A DNA stretch of 64,000 nucleotides from Candidatus Aminicenantes bacterium. Its GTDB lineage: Bacteria > Acidobacteriota > Aminicenantia > Aminicenantales > JAFGBC01. A program made the position numbers and the translations under genes. The number at the start of each line of letters is the position of its first letter. The first letter of the stretch is position 1. Shown here piece by piece: positions 1-8,934 of this stretch. The notes under the pieces were generated by a model. That model made no database searches. It was given only the letters and a program-made list of their open reading frames with translations, and was not told the origin of the DNA. Location of the stretch: positions 6,084 to 70,083 of the forward strand of contig JALHUR010000084.1 of NCBI GenBank assembly GCA_022867325.1. The letters are read 5' to 3'.

Positions 1-139
1 CTCCCTCAAGCACCTTAAGGAAAACGTCAGCGAGGTCAAGAAGGATTACGAATGCGGAATCGGGGTCGAGAAGTTCAAGGACTTTCTGGCCGGGGACGTC
101 ATCGAGGCCTTCCTGACCGAGAAAGTCAAGCCCACCTGA
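1..139 (+). CDS. infB: translation initiation factor IF-2, C-terminal end (5'-partial)
   Basis: Frame open from window edge to TGA at 137-139. Tail ...GIGVEKFKDFLAGDVIEAFLTEKVKPT resembles the IF-2 C-terminus. Followed by the conserved infB-DUF503-rbfA-truB arrangement. Confidence 0.7.
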   Translation, partial: SLKHLKENVSEVKKDYECGIGVEKFKDFLAGDVIEAFLTEKVKPT

Positions 140-160
140 GCGGCGGCCGTCGAGAGGGTC

Positions 161-442
161 ATGATCATCGGGTTGCTCCGTCTTGAGTTTTTTCTCCCCT
201 ACGCCCATTCGCTCAAGGACAAACGAATGTTCCTCAGGAGCCTCAAGGACCGCCTGCGGACCCGATTCAACGTCGCCGTCGCCGAGCTCGATTTCCACGA
301 CAAATGGCAGCGGGCGGCGGTCGGGATCGTGACCCTCAACCAGCAAAGAGCCTTCGTCGAACAGGTTCTGGACAAGGTCCTCCGGGATATCGAGGCGACG
401 GCCGAGGCCGAGATCGTCGGGCGCCGGATCGAATTCCTCTGA
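161..442 (+). CDS. DUF503 family protein (YlxP-like)
   Basis: 93-aa ORF between infB and rbfA. Sequence and position are typical of DUF503. Confidence 0.7.
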   Translation: MIIGLLRLEFFLPYAHSLKDKRMFLRSLKDRLRTRFNVAVAELDFHDKWQRAAVGIVTLNQQRAFVEQVLDKVLRDIEATAEAEIVGRRIEFL

Positions 443-458
443 GGCCGGAACGGACGCC

Positions 459-800
459 ATGAGCGGCTATCGGGACAAGCGGATCGGGGCCCTGATCAAA
501 GAAGCCGTCTCGCCGCTTCTGATCAAGGAGTTCCAGGACGCCGGTTCGGGCTTCCTGACCGTGACCCGGGTCGAGATGACAGACGACCTGAGAACGGCCC
601 GGATCTTCATCTCCGTCTTCGGCTCGGCCGATCGGGCCGCCCTGCTCGACCGGCTCACCCGAAGCGCCGGATCCTTGCGCAAGGCTGTTGCCTCCCGGGT
701 CAAATTAAAGTATAATCCACTGCTTATTTTCGCCCTGGACCCGGGCCCGGACCATGAGGCCCGGATCGACGAACTTCTCAAGCTGGCGAAGAAGACATGA
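459..800 (+). CDS. rbfA: ribosome-binding factor A
   Basis: 113 aa with RbfA-like sequence, in the infB-rbfA-truB context. Confidence 0.85.
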   Translation: MSGYRDKRIGALIKEAVSPLLIKEFQDAGSGFLTVTRVEMTDDLRTARIFISVFGSADRAALLDRLTRSAGSLRKAVASRVKLKYNPLLIFALDPGPDHEARIDELLKLAKKT

Positions 801-1765
801 TGAACGACAGCACCCGGCGCATCGCCGACAAGATCCGCTCCTGCCGGCGGATCGCCATCACCTCCCACCTGAGACCCGACGGCGATTCGATCTGCACCAG
901 CCTCGCCCTGGCCCTGATGGCGGAGAGCCTGGGAAAAGAGGCCTGCGTCATCAACCAAGACCGGACGCCGTCCCCCTTCCACCGTTTTCCGGACGCGGAT
1001 CGGATCAGGATCGGCCAGATCGCCCCGCAGCCCTTCGACGCCGTCATTCTTCTCGAATGCGCCGACGTCTCCCGCTCCGGCCAGGATAATCTGGACGGAT
1101 ACTTCAAGATCAACATCGATCATCATTACTCGAACACCCCCTACGCCGACATCAACTGGATCGACCCCGAAGCTCCGGCCGTCGGCGAGATGGTCCTCGC
1201 CCTGGCCCAGACGCTTCCGGTCGGGTTCACGCCGATCATGGCCAACCATCTCTACTGCTCAATCGTCTCGGACACGGGATCGTTCCAGTTTTCGAACACG
1301 ACGGGCCGGGCGCTGGGGGCCTGCGCCAGGCTGGCCGAGTTGGGGGCGAGCCCGATCGATGTCTCCGAGCGGCTCTACAACAACAATCCTCCGGAAAAAA
1401 TCAAGCTCCTGGGCAAGGTCCTCACGACTCTCCAGCTCAACGCCCGGGGCAATGTCGCCGTCATCTCCATGTTCAAGGACGATTTGAAAGCTCTCAACCT
1501 CAAGGAAATCGACACCGAAGACATCACCACCCTGGCCCGCTCGATCAAGGACGTCGAGATCGTCCTTTTTTTCAAGGAAATGGACAGGGACACCTTCAGG
1601 ATCAGCCTTCGGTCCAAGGGCCGGGCCAACGCCGCCCGGGTGGCCGAACAATTCGGCGGAGGCGGCCATGTCCACGCCGCCGGGTTCACCGTCTACGGCC
1701 CTTATGACCGGCTGATCAAGGAAATCCCGCAAAGGGTCGAAAAGCTCCTGACCCGGGACGCCTGA
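797..1765 (+). CDS. nrnA: DHH-family phosphoesterase, NrnA-like bifunctional oligoribonuclease/pAp phosphatase
   Basis: 322 aa with a DHH motif region (ITSHLRPDGDSICTSLAL...DHH). Overlaps the rbfA stop by 4 nt. Confidence 0.75.
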   Translation: MMNDSTRRIADKIRSCRRIAITSHLRPDGDSICTSLALALMAESLGKEACVINQDRTPSPFHRFPDADRIRIGQIAPQPFDAVILLECADVSRSGQDNLDGYFKINIDHHYSNTPYADINWIDPEAPAVGEMVLALAQTLPVGFTPIMANHLYCSIVSDTGSFQFSNTTGRALGACARLAELGASPIDVSERLYNNNPPEKIKLLGKVLTTLQLNARGNVAVISMFKDDLKALNLKEIDTEDITTLARSIKDVEIVLFFKEMDRDTFRISLRSKGRANAARVAEQFGGGGHVHAAGFTVYGPYDRLIKEIPQRVEKLLTRDA

Positions 1766-1795
1766 CCGGCTCCGGACCGGACCATCCCCAAGACC

Positions 1796-2716
1796 ATGGA
1801 CGGAATCATCCTCGTCGCTAAACCCGCCCTGAAGACGTCCCACGACGTCGTTCTGGAATTGCGGCGGATCCTGAGAATCGGAAAAATCGGACATTTCGGA
1901 ACGCTCGATCCCATGGCGACCGGGGTTCTGATCGCGGCCTGCGGCCGGGCCGCACGCCTTTTTCCCTATTATTCCAGGCATGACAAGGCCTACCGGGGCC
2001 GGATCCGCCTCGGATTCTCGACGGATACCTATGATGCCCAGGGGAAACCCACTTCACAACCGGCGGACAGATTACCCGAGGAAGATGAGCTTCGCGCAGC
2101 CATGGCCAGTTTCCTGGGAAGCCTGAACCAAGTCCCGCCGGCCTATTCCGCCAAGAAATTCAAGGGGAAACCTTTGTATCGCTTGGCTCGGAACGCCGAA
2201 CCCGTGCCCCTGAAACCATCGCCCGTCGTCGTTCACGCTCTCAAGCTCGAATCCTACGCGCCGCCCGACTTCGATATTTCCGTCCGTTGCTCGGGAGGGA
2301 CCTACATTCGATCGCTCGCCCATGACATCGGTCTCAAGCTCGGCTGCGGCGGCCATCTCTTGGAGCTCGTCCGCACGGCCGTCGGGCCGTATACGCTGGA
2401 CCGCTGTTCATCCCTGGAGCGCATCCGGACGCTGGCCGAGGCGGAAGCGATCGGATCGTTCTTGCTACCCCTAGAAGCCCTCCTCCCCGACTTCCCCAAG
2501 CTGATCCTGACCGAAAAAGGGGAACGCTGCGCAAAAAACGGCAATTCGATCCTGCCCGAACACATTCTGTCCGCCGAGACGCCCGGGCCGCCGGCCGGTT
2601 CCCAAGCCGAAGACGAGGCTTTGTTCCGCCTGTTCGGACCCGGAGGAAGGTTCATCGCCCTGGCCCGAAGGGCGCCGGACAAAGCCGTCCTCCAGCCTAT
2701 CCTCGTTTTCAACTAA
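1796..2716 (+). CDS. truB: tRNA pseudouridine(55) synthase
   Basis: 306 aa with the TruB motif [43 protein letters not shown]. Confidence 0.9.
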   Translation: [306 protein letters not shown]

Positions 2717-2777
2717 ATCCAAATCATTGAATTCCGTCCTTGAATTTTCCCCCCTGATATTGTATTGTATCAGGGTT

Positions 2778-3056
2778 ATGAGGCTGAACAAAAATCAGAT
2801 CGAGCACCTGAGTTTCGTCATAGTCCGTAATTTAAACAAGGACGGCAAGGTGCTCATCGAAGACAGAGCCAGGATCCTTGATGAAGTAACGGCCCTGATC
2901 ACCGAGGAATTCATGAAGGAGGACAAGCTGGACCAGGAGGTCCGCGAGATCCTCAGCAAGCATATTGAGAAAATCCGCCGCGAGAATATCGAGTACCAGA
3001 CGATGTTCCGGATGATCAAGACCAAGCTGGCCAAGGAAAGGAACATCGTCCTATGA
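2778..3056 (+). CDS. DUF507 family protein (paralog 1)
   Basis: ORF track 2727..3056. Start moved to ATG 2778 (MRLNKNQIEHLSF...). DUF507-like charged helical protein. Confidence 0.6.
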   Translation: MRLNKNQIEHLSFVIVRNLNKDGKVLIEDRARILDEVTALITEEFMKEDKLDQEVREILSKHIEKIRRENIEYQTMFRMIKTKLAKERNIVL

Positions 3057-3343
3057 GCAATCGTCTGTCCAGGGAAAAGATCAATTTCATGGCCCGCCAG
3101 GTCCTCAACTGTCTCATGAAAAACGACCAGGTCGAGTTTCTGGACGACGATAACGAAATCCGCCTCGGCATCGTCCACTCCATCGAAGAAGAGATCCGGC
3201 TCTACGACCAGCTCGACAAGAAGGCGATCGAGAAAATCCAATCACAGAAACGGGCCATCGAGGAAGGGAGCCGGGAATGGGAGATCCTCTACCGCAAGTA
3301 TTATAACGAGGAGCTCTCGAAGCTCGGGAAGCTCACCGAATAG
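3053..3343 (+). CDS. DUF507 family protein (paralog 2)
   Basis: 96 aa. ATGA start/stop overlap with the upstream paralog. Ends with TAG at 3341-3343. Confidence 0.6.
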   Translation: MSNRLSREKINFMARQVLNCLMKNDQVEFLDDDNEIRLGIVHSIEEEIRLYDQLDKKAIEKIQSQKRAIEEGSREWEILYRKYYNEELSKLGKLTE

Positions 3344-3401
3344 CCCTCCCCCCTTTTCCTCCTCCAGCCGGCCGATAGGCAGCTCAAAAAGCAGTCCTTT
3401 C

Positions 3402-4256
3402 TCAGGGCCTTTTTCCGGTCAAGTAGTCCCCGAGGGCTTCTTGCCATGGGGAAAAGGGCGAAAGCCCGACGGCCTTGGCCCTTCGATTCTCGAGGACCGA
3501 ATAGGCCGGCCGGCGGGCTCGGGCCCCGAATTCCTTGCTGCTGACGGGCCGTATCTCGGCCTCGATCTCGGCCAGGGCGAGAATCGTTCGCGCGAATTCA
3601 TGCCAGGTGCAATCACCTTCGTTGGTCAGGTGATAAAGGCCGTAGGCCGAGGTCCGGATGAGCTCGTCGATCGTCCGGGCCAATTCCCGGGCCGATGTCG
3701 GAGTCGCTCTTTGATCGTCGACGACGCTGAGCGGTTGACCTTGCCGGGCCAGGTCGAGGATCCGGTCCACGAAATTCATGCCTTTTTCGAGACAGCCGGC
3801 CGCGCCGTAGAGCCCGCAGGTCCTGATCAGGAAATGCTTCTCCCAATACGTCCGGAGCAGGTATTCACCCGCCAATTTGGATACGGCATAGACGCTCAAC
3901 GGGCGGGGCGGATCCTCCTCGACGTAGGGAGAACCCTTGGCCCCGTCAAAGACATAATCCGTGCTGAAATGGACGAGCGGGCAGTCCAGCTCCCTGCAAA
4001 CCAGGGCGAGGTCGCGGACGGCCGTCGCATTGACTGCGAACGACTTGTCGGGATGCAGCTCGCATTCGTCGACCCGATGGTAGGCGGCCGTGTTGATGAC
4101 GCAGTCGGGCGCGAGTTCGGTAAAGACGCGGCGGACGCCGTCGGCCCGGGTCACGTCGAAGTCGGGATAATAGAGCGGGAGAAGGATGTCTCCGGTCAAG
4201 CGTCGGACGAGGTCGGACCCGAGCTGTCCGTCCGCCCCGATGATGGCTATCCTCAT
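3402..4256 (-). CDS. rfbD: dTDP-4-dehydrorhamnose reductase
   Basis: 284 aa: MRIAIIGADGQLGSDL... NAD-binding Rossmann N-terminus and overall RmlD-like sequence. Confidence 0.85.
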   Translation of the reverse strand: MRIAIIGADGQLGSDLVRRLTGDILLPLYYPDFDVTRADGVRRVFTELAPDCVINTAAYHRVDECELHPDKSFAVNATAVRDLALVCRELDCPLVHFSTDYVFDGAKGSPYVEEDPPRPLSVYAVSKLAGEYLLRTYWEKHFLIRTCGLYGAAGCLEKGMNFVDRILDLARQGQPLSVVDDQRATPTSARELARTIDELIRTSAYGLYHLTNEGDCTWHEFARTILALAEIEAEIRPVSSKEFGARARRPAYSVLENRRAKAVGLSPFSPWQEALGDYLTGKRP

Positions 4257-4289
4257 GACTGCAGATTATTATAACGCGGCCTCGGCCCG

Positions 4290-4335
4290 AATAAAATGGG
4301 CCGGGGGGCTTCAACGCGCCCCCGGCCCTTTGTCA
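4290..4335 (-). terminator. putative rho-independent terminator downstream of the PKD/beta-barrel OMP gene
   Basis: GC stem gggccggggg/cccccggccc followed on the minus strand by an A/T-rich tail (attttatt). Confidence 0.3.
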
Positions 4336-4352
4336 ATGCGGAGTCGGATCCC

Positions 4353-5810
4353 TTAAAAAATGTACCTGAACCCGAGCGCGAACTTGTGATAATCGTCAAA
4401 GGAGCGATCGCCGCCCAGCGGTGAGCGGAACTCGAAGAACAGGGCGCCGGCCGAGCGACCGCGGCCGAAAAGGTCGACGCCGACCTGGCCGACGAGATCG
4501 AGCCCGGATTTGCGGGTCACCTGATCCTTGCCGCTGTAACCGAGGCCGCCCGCGATGAAGGCGGGCCCGGCATGGAGATTGAGGAGGGCGTTCGCCAGGA
4601 AGAAAGTCCTCCAGGGGTCTCCCTTAAGCCGCGGCGCGACGCCGGCCGCCAGGATGAAGTCCAGATTGCCGGGGACGATATTGTAGAGGAAGCCGCCCCG
4701 AGCGAAGGCGAACATCGTATAGGTCCCCTTGGCCAGGAGAGGGCCGGCTTCGAAGAGGAGGAAAAACCGCCGCTGGGTGATATCGAACTCGAGCCGGCAG
4801 GGCTCCGTCGAAACGGCGCCCAGGTTGTCGGCCACGACGAGGGTCGCGGCGTATTTCCCGGCTTTTTGAAAAACCTTTTCGAAGGTGTACGGCTTCTCGC
4901 TGTCGACGAAAGTGTCGATGACCCGGCCCGTGGCGTCCGTGATTTCGAAGGTCGCCTTGGCGATATCGCCGTCGGGATCGGTCGATCCGTTGGCGTCGAA
5001 GACGACCGGGCGGCCCACGTAGTCTTCGCAGGGGAGGCAGGACGTCCACAGCTTACAGACGGGCGGGAAGTTCACGTAAACCTTGGCCGAGCAGCCGCTG
5101 CCCGAAAGCGAGCCCTTAAGGTCGAAGACCCGGGCCTTGAAGGTGTACTCGCCCGCCTTGGAAAGCGTCGTCTGCCACTTGGGCGATTCGGCCGTCAGCG
5201 TCTTGGAGCCGACTTTGGTTCCGGTCGCGTCGAAGACGTCGACCTCCATGGATTTAGCGTGCTGAGTCCCGCTCATGTCGACCGTGATCGGGTCGTTGAC
5301 GTTACATTTGCCGGGGCTGACGGTGATGTTGCAGACCGGGCCGGGGATGAGGTCGGTCGTTCCCTTGAGGGCGATATTGCCGCAGGGCCTGGGCATCAGG
5401 AACTCGTATTCCTTGAAATCCTTGACGACCTTGAAGACGAAAACGTCGAGAGGCTTGGCGCCCGCCCATTCGACCTCCCGCGCTACCTTGACCTTGCCCT
5501 GGGATCGGAACAGCATCCAGAGGACGCGATCGCCGACGGCGAGCTGCTTTTCCTCTAACTTGGCTGTTTTGAGCTGGTCCATGAAGGGAAGATAGAGATC
5601 GCCGTTCCCGGCCAGGTCGAAGCCGTACTTGATATCGCCCGAATAGCGATCAAACAGGGTTTTCATGACTTCGGAAGTCGGGACGTTCCCCCTGATGCGC
5701 ACGAACGTGTAGCGGCCGATGGTTTTGAGCTTGGTGGCGGCGAAGGTTGATCCGGCACAGATAATGGCGAGAAGAACCACGGTAACGATTAAGACTTTTC
5801 TGTTTCTCAC
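4353..5810 (-). CDS. outer-membrane protein: signal peptide, PKD/Ig-like repeat region, C-terminal beta-barrel ending ...FRYIF
   Basis: GTG start with GGAGG 7 nt upstream. Signal peptide LLAIICAGSTFAA. PKD-like motif FDANGSTDPDGDI. C-terminal about 190 aa of alternating amphipathic strands ending in a terminal aromatic (Phe). Confidence 0.6.
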   Translation of the reverse strand: MRNRKVLIVTVVLLAIICAGSTFAATKLKTIGRYTFVRIRGNVPTSEVMKTLFDRYSGDIKYGFDLAGNGDLYLPFMDQLKTAKLEEKQLAVGDRVLWMLFRSQGKVKVAREVEWAGAKPLDVFVFKVVKDFKEYEFLMPRPCGNIALKGTTDLIPGPVCNITVSPGKCNVNDPITVDMSGTQHAKSMEVDVFDATGTKVGSKTLTAESPKWQTTLSKAGEYTFKARVFDLKGSLSGSGCSAKVYVNFPPVCKLWTSCLPCEDYVGRPVVFDANGSTDPDGDIAKATFEITDATGRVIDTFVDSEKPYTFEKVFQKAGKYAATLVVADNLGAVSTEPCRLEFDITQRRFFLLFEAGPLLAKGTYTMFAFARGGFLYNIVPGNLDFILAAGVAPRLKGDPWRTFFLANALLNLHAGPAFIAGGLGYSGKDQVTRKSGLDLVGQVGVDLFGRGRSAGALFFEFRSPLGGDRSFDDYHKFALGFRYIF

Positions 5811-5863
5811 ATAAACCTCCTTCTTTGTCGTCTCCAGACCTTTACTCGCGTAAAAGCAAGATA

Positions 5864-5892
5864 ATTATAAGTCAATAGGAAAACGTTTTCAA
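5864..5892 (-). promoter_or_regulatory. sigma-70-type promoter TTGAAA-17-TATAAT for the OMP gene
   Basis: Minus strand reads gcTTGAAAacgttttcctattgactTATAATtat, about 45 nt upstream of the GTG start. Confidence 0.45.
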
Positions 5893-5920
5893 GCGATATT
5901 CGAATCATTTTTTTCCAAAA

Positions 5921-6315
5921 TCAGGCCGTTCGGCCAAACGGCCTGGCCGCCATGAAGACGGCCGTGATCCTCTTGATCAGCCCCGAATCCCTGGGCTCTC
6001 CCTTGAGGCCGGCTTCGAACAGGGCCCGCCGCACCGGGCTGCGATCGGCGAAATTCCGGAGCAGCTCCCTCCCCCGCTCGACCGATATTTCGGGATGGAT
6101 CTGAAAACCCCAGAGCGTTCCAGGATGGACGCTTCGGACCCGGTCAGTATGAGGTGCGTATAGCCGTCTCCGAGATCCGGGAGCCGTCCGTCCCTGGCCC
6201 GGAAGGAATCGAAGGGGACGCTCAGGAATTCCCCCCACTGGGCGCAGGGCGGGTAAGAGTCGGGATCGACCGAGTTGTCGATAAGGGCGAGTTTGACGGC
6301 TTGGGTCACGGCCAT
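5921..6315 (-). pseudogene. class I glutamine amidotransferase-like gene remnant (frameshifted, internal deletion)
   Basis: ORF 5977..6315 gives a GATase1 N-terminus (MAVTQAVKLALIDNSVDPDSYPP...LILTGSEASILER). Overlapping ORF 5921..6370 gives a GATase1 C-terminus in another frame (WGFQIHPEISVERGRELLRNFA...). The Cys/His catalytic core of about 100 aa is absent. Total locus is only about 130 codons. Confidence 0.5.
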
Positions 6316-6382
6316 GTCTCCCGGATCGAACTGAAAACTTATTATAGGCCTTCGACTCGTCCTTTTTCAAACACGAAGTCTC

Positions 6383-6410
6383 TTGTCTGGGCCGGGCGAT
6401 TTGATATAAT
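6383..6410 (+). promoter_or_regulatory. putative promoter TTGTCT-16-TATAAT upstream of the ACT-domain gene
   Basis: cTTGTCTgggccgggcgatttgaTATAATactc, then AAGGAGG RBS and GTG start at 6439. Confidence 0.35.
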
Positions 6411-6438
6411 ACTCGCCTGTGAACAAGGAGGCTTGACC

Positions 6439-6834
6439 GTGCACGCAGTCAAAGAGGACACCGAGCTTCATGTCGTTGTTCCCAACGATCCCGGTATACT
6501 GGGCCGTGTCCTGGGGACCATGGCCAATGCCGGGGTCAACGTGAAGGCCATGTGCGTCTCTTCCGAGGGCGATCGGGGGCATTTCCTCCTCGTCACCGAC
6601 AACTACCGGAAGGCCCAAACCGCCCTCAAGTCCCTCCGCTATAAAGTCATGCTGAATAAAGTCGTCACGGTGGCCGTCACCGACCGGATCGGCGCAGGCG
6701 CCGAGTTCGGCGCCTTGCTCGGCAACGCCGTCATCAATATTCTCTATGCCTACGGATCCTCCGGGGGCGCCGGCCAGTCGCTTCTCGTGTTTCACACCAA
6801 CAACAACAAGAGGGCCTTGGAGACCTTGAGATAA
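6439..6834 (+). CDS. ACT-domain protein (tandem ACT-like, about 131 aa)
   Basis: GTG start in frame within ORF 6154..6834, preceded by AAGGAGG. ACT-like ligand-binding fold motifs (GILGRVLGTMANAGVNV..., AVTDRIGAGAEFGALLGNAVINI). Confidence 0.55.
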   Translation: MHAVKEDTELHVVVPNDPGILGRVLGTMANAGVNVKAMCVSSEGDRGHFLLVTDNYRKAQTALKSLRYKVMLNKVVTVAVTDRIGAGAEFGALLGNAVINILYAYGSSGGAGQSLLVFHTNNNKRALETLR

Positions 6835-6889
6835 AGACCGCCCCGGAACGCCTCCGGATCTTGAGGACGGAGGGGACGCGAAGAAACCC

Positions 6890-7948
6890 ATGGCGAAGCG
6901 CATCCTGGTTGTGACCTCGGACGTCCCTTTCGTCGAGGGCGGGCACCTGGTCATCGCCCGAGGGACGGTTCGGGCCCTGCGCGAGGCGGGGCACGAAGCG
7001 GAACTCCTCCTGACTCCCCAGAACCGGTTCGGCCGGCAATTGCGGGCCTACGCGGCCACCCGATTCACGGATGTCGGGATGGACGGGCAGGGTCGTTCCA
7101 TCGACCAGGTCATTACCTTCCGTTTCCCGAGCTACGCCGTCCGGCATCCCGCCCACGTCTGCTGGCTGAACCACCGGATGCGGGAATACTACGACCTCTG
7201 GAGCCTCCTTTACAGCCGCCTCGGCTGGAAGGGCCGGATCAAGGAGACGGTCCGCCGGACGCTCATCCGCGCCATCGACAACCATCTTCTTAAGAGGAAC
7301 GTGACGAAGCTGTACACCATATCCAAGACCGTCCAGGCCAGGCTCCGGCGCTGGGGACGGATCCCTTCCGAAGTCCTCTACCCTCCCCCTCCTCAGAGGG
7401 CGTACCGGACCGAGAGCTACGGGAGCTTCATCTTCACGGTGTCGCGTCTCCACAGCCTCAAGCGGATCGACCTGCTCGTCGAGGCCATGGCCCTGGTTCA
7501 CAATCGCGCGTTCAAGGCCATCATCATGGGCGAAGGGCCGGAGCGTTCCAACCTGGCCGCGCTCATCAAGGCCCGTAATCTGGAAGGCCGGATCGTGCTT
7601 CTCGACGAGACCGACGAGGAGACCATGCTGGATCGCTACGCGCGCTGTCGGGCCGTCTTCTTCTCCCCTCTCCAGGAGGACTACGGGTTCGTGACGGCCG
7701 AGGCCTTTGCCTCACGAAAGCCGGTCTTAACGGCCACGGACAGCGGCGGCCCGGTCGAGCTCGTCGAGGACGGCCGGACCGGATTCGTCGTCCCGCCCAA
7801 TCCCGCGGAGATCGCCGCGAAGCTCGACCTCCTGGCCGAGGATAAAAAGCTGGCCGAGAGGCTGGGGGGAAACGGATATGACTTCATCTCCGGGATAACC
7901 TGGGAGAACGCCGTCGCTAAGCTCATCCTCGGGGAAAAAACTCGTTGA
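6890..7948 (+). CDS. glycosyltransferase family 1 (GT4-like)
   Basis: 352 aa with a C-terminal GT1 motif region (...[39 protein letters not shown]). Confidence 0.8.
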   Translation: MAKRILVVTSDVPFVEGGHLVIARGTVRALREAGHEAELLLTPQNRFGRQLRAYAATRFTDVGMDGQGRSIDQVITFRFPSYAVRHPAHVCWLNHRMREYYDLWSLLYSRLGWKGRIKETVRRTLIRAIDNHLLKRNVTKLYTISKTVQARLRRWGRIPSEVLYPPPPQRAYRTESYGSFIFTVSRLHSLKRIDLLVEAMALVHNRAFKAIIMGEGPERSNLAALIKARNLEGRIVLLDETDEETMLDRYARCRAVFFSPLQEDYGFVTAEAFASRKPVLTATDSGGPVELVEDGRTGFVVPPNPAEIAAKLDLLAEDKKLAERLGGNGYDFISGITWENAVAKLILGEKTR

Positions 7949-7973
7949 CAAATCCCCACCCTTTGCCTAAAAT
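7945..7973 (+). promoter_or_regulatory. near-consensus sigma-70 promoter TTGACA-17-TAAAAT upstream of exbD
   Basis: cgTTGACAaatccccaccctttgccTAAAATgtt. GAGGAGG RBS 6 nt before ATG 8013. Confidence 0.5.
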
Positions 7974-8012
7974 GTTACTCTATTGGCGTAGTCCAATATT
8001 GAGGAGGCGAAT

Positions 8013-8405
8013 ATGTCCCATGCCGAACCCAACGTCGTTCCCCTCTGTGACGTACTTCTCGTCCTTCTGATCATCTTCATGGTCATCACGCCCCTTGTCC
8101 AGAAGGGGGTCGACGTGCAATTGCCCGAAACGGTCCAGGGAGGGACAGATCCGCAGAATGTCCAAGGAGTAATCGTCCTGACGGTTAAAAAGGGCAATAC
8201 GGTCATGATCAATCAGCAGCCGATCGAGCTCCAAGCCCTCCAAGAACAGCTCCGCCAGTACTACGCCGCGCGCCAAGACAAGACCATCTTTGTCCGGGCC
8301 GATTCCAAGCTTCCCTTCAGCAAAGTCATGGAGGTCATCGACATCGCCAAGGGTGCCGGCGTCGAAAAGCTGGGGATCATTCCCGAACTCTTCACGGAAG
8401 AATAG
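8013..8405 (+). CDS. exbD: biopolymer transport protein ExbD/TolR (orphan, no adjacent exbB/tonB/tolQ)
   Basis: 130 aa with N-terminal TM (LLVLLIIFMVITPLV) and an ExbD periplasmic domain. Confidence 0.8.
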   Translation: MSHAEPNVVPLCDVLLVLLIIFMVITPLVQKGVDVQLPETVQGGTDPQNVQGVIVLTVKKGNTVMINQQPIELQALQEQLRQYYAARQDKTIFVRADSKLPFSKVMEVIDIAKGAGVEKLGIIPELFTEE

Positions 8406-8439
8406 GCGGCCGTTCTCCTTGTCCCGGAGACCGGACCCG

Positions 8440-8928
8440 ATGCGCGCCGTCCTCTCCATCGGTTTCTTTTTTCTAATCTCTATCGTATCCCTATCGGGAA
8501 CGGCTTATTCCCAAGAAGGCCAGGTTGAAATGGTCGGTCCGTTGACCCTGGAGGAAATCCTGCAGGCCCTTCCCGATTGGCAGGATAGGATGGTCGCCTA
8601 TGCTCCCAAGCTCGGCGCCGTCAACGAGTTGAAAGCCTTCCCGGATTTTGTCCAGGTCGAGGTCTATCTCGGGACCTGGTGCTCGGACAGCCAATCCCAC
8701 GTCACGGCCTTTTTCCAAGTCCTGAACTTTGTCAATTCCCCCCAAATCCAGGTCTCTTACATGGGCGTCCCCAAGGACAAGCCGTCCCGTGAGCCCTATA
8801 TCGCCGGAAAAGATATCGAGAAGCTTCCGACCTTTATCGTCCTGGTCAACGGAATCGTGAAAGGCCGGATCGTGGAAACCCCGACCCGCACGGTCGAGGA
8901 AGACCTCTTGGCCCTTCTCCGCCGCTGA
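8440..8928 (+). CDS. secreted thioredoxin-fold protein with monothiol WCSDS (CxxS) motif
   Basis: Start set at ATG 8440 (MRAVLSIGFFFLISIVSLSGTAYSQ signal peptide). Thioredoxin-like block VEVYLGTWCSDSQSHV. Confidence 0.55.
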   Translation: MRAVLSIGFFFLISIVSLSGTAYSQEGQVEMVGPLTLEEILQALPDWQDRMVAYAPKLGAVNELKAFPDFVQVEVYLGTWCSDSQSHVTAFFQVLNFVNSPQIQVSYMGVPKDKPSREPYIAGKDIEKLPTFIVLVNGIVKGRIVETPTRTVEEDLLALLRR

Positions 8929-8934
8929 AGGCGG

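Noticed and set aside
467-1249. 260-aa antisense ORF overlapping rbfA/nrnA, and many similar long antisense ORFs (e.g. 6367..6954, 8968..10425, 17100..18110, 38797..40257, 42177..45287, 46163..48061, 54815..55687)
   Set aside because: High-GC DNA gives long stop-free antisense frames. Their translations are Arg/Pro/Gly-rich low-complexity sequences with no domain resemblance, and each is fully explained by a convincing gene on the other strand.
3400-3445. Apparent 1-nt disagreement between my manual position counting and ORF-track coordinates around 3400-3440
   Set aside because: Probably a counting slip on my side. ORF-track coordinates were used for all CDS, and motif coordinates are flagged as approximate.
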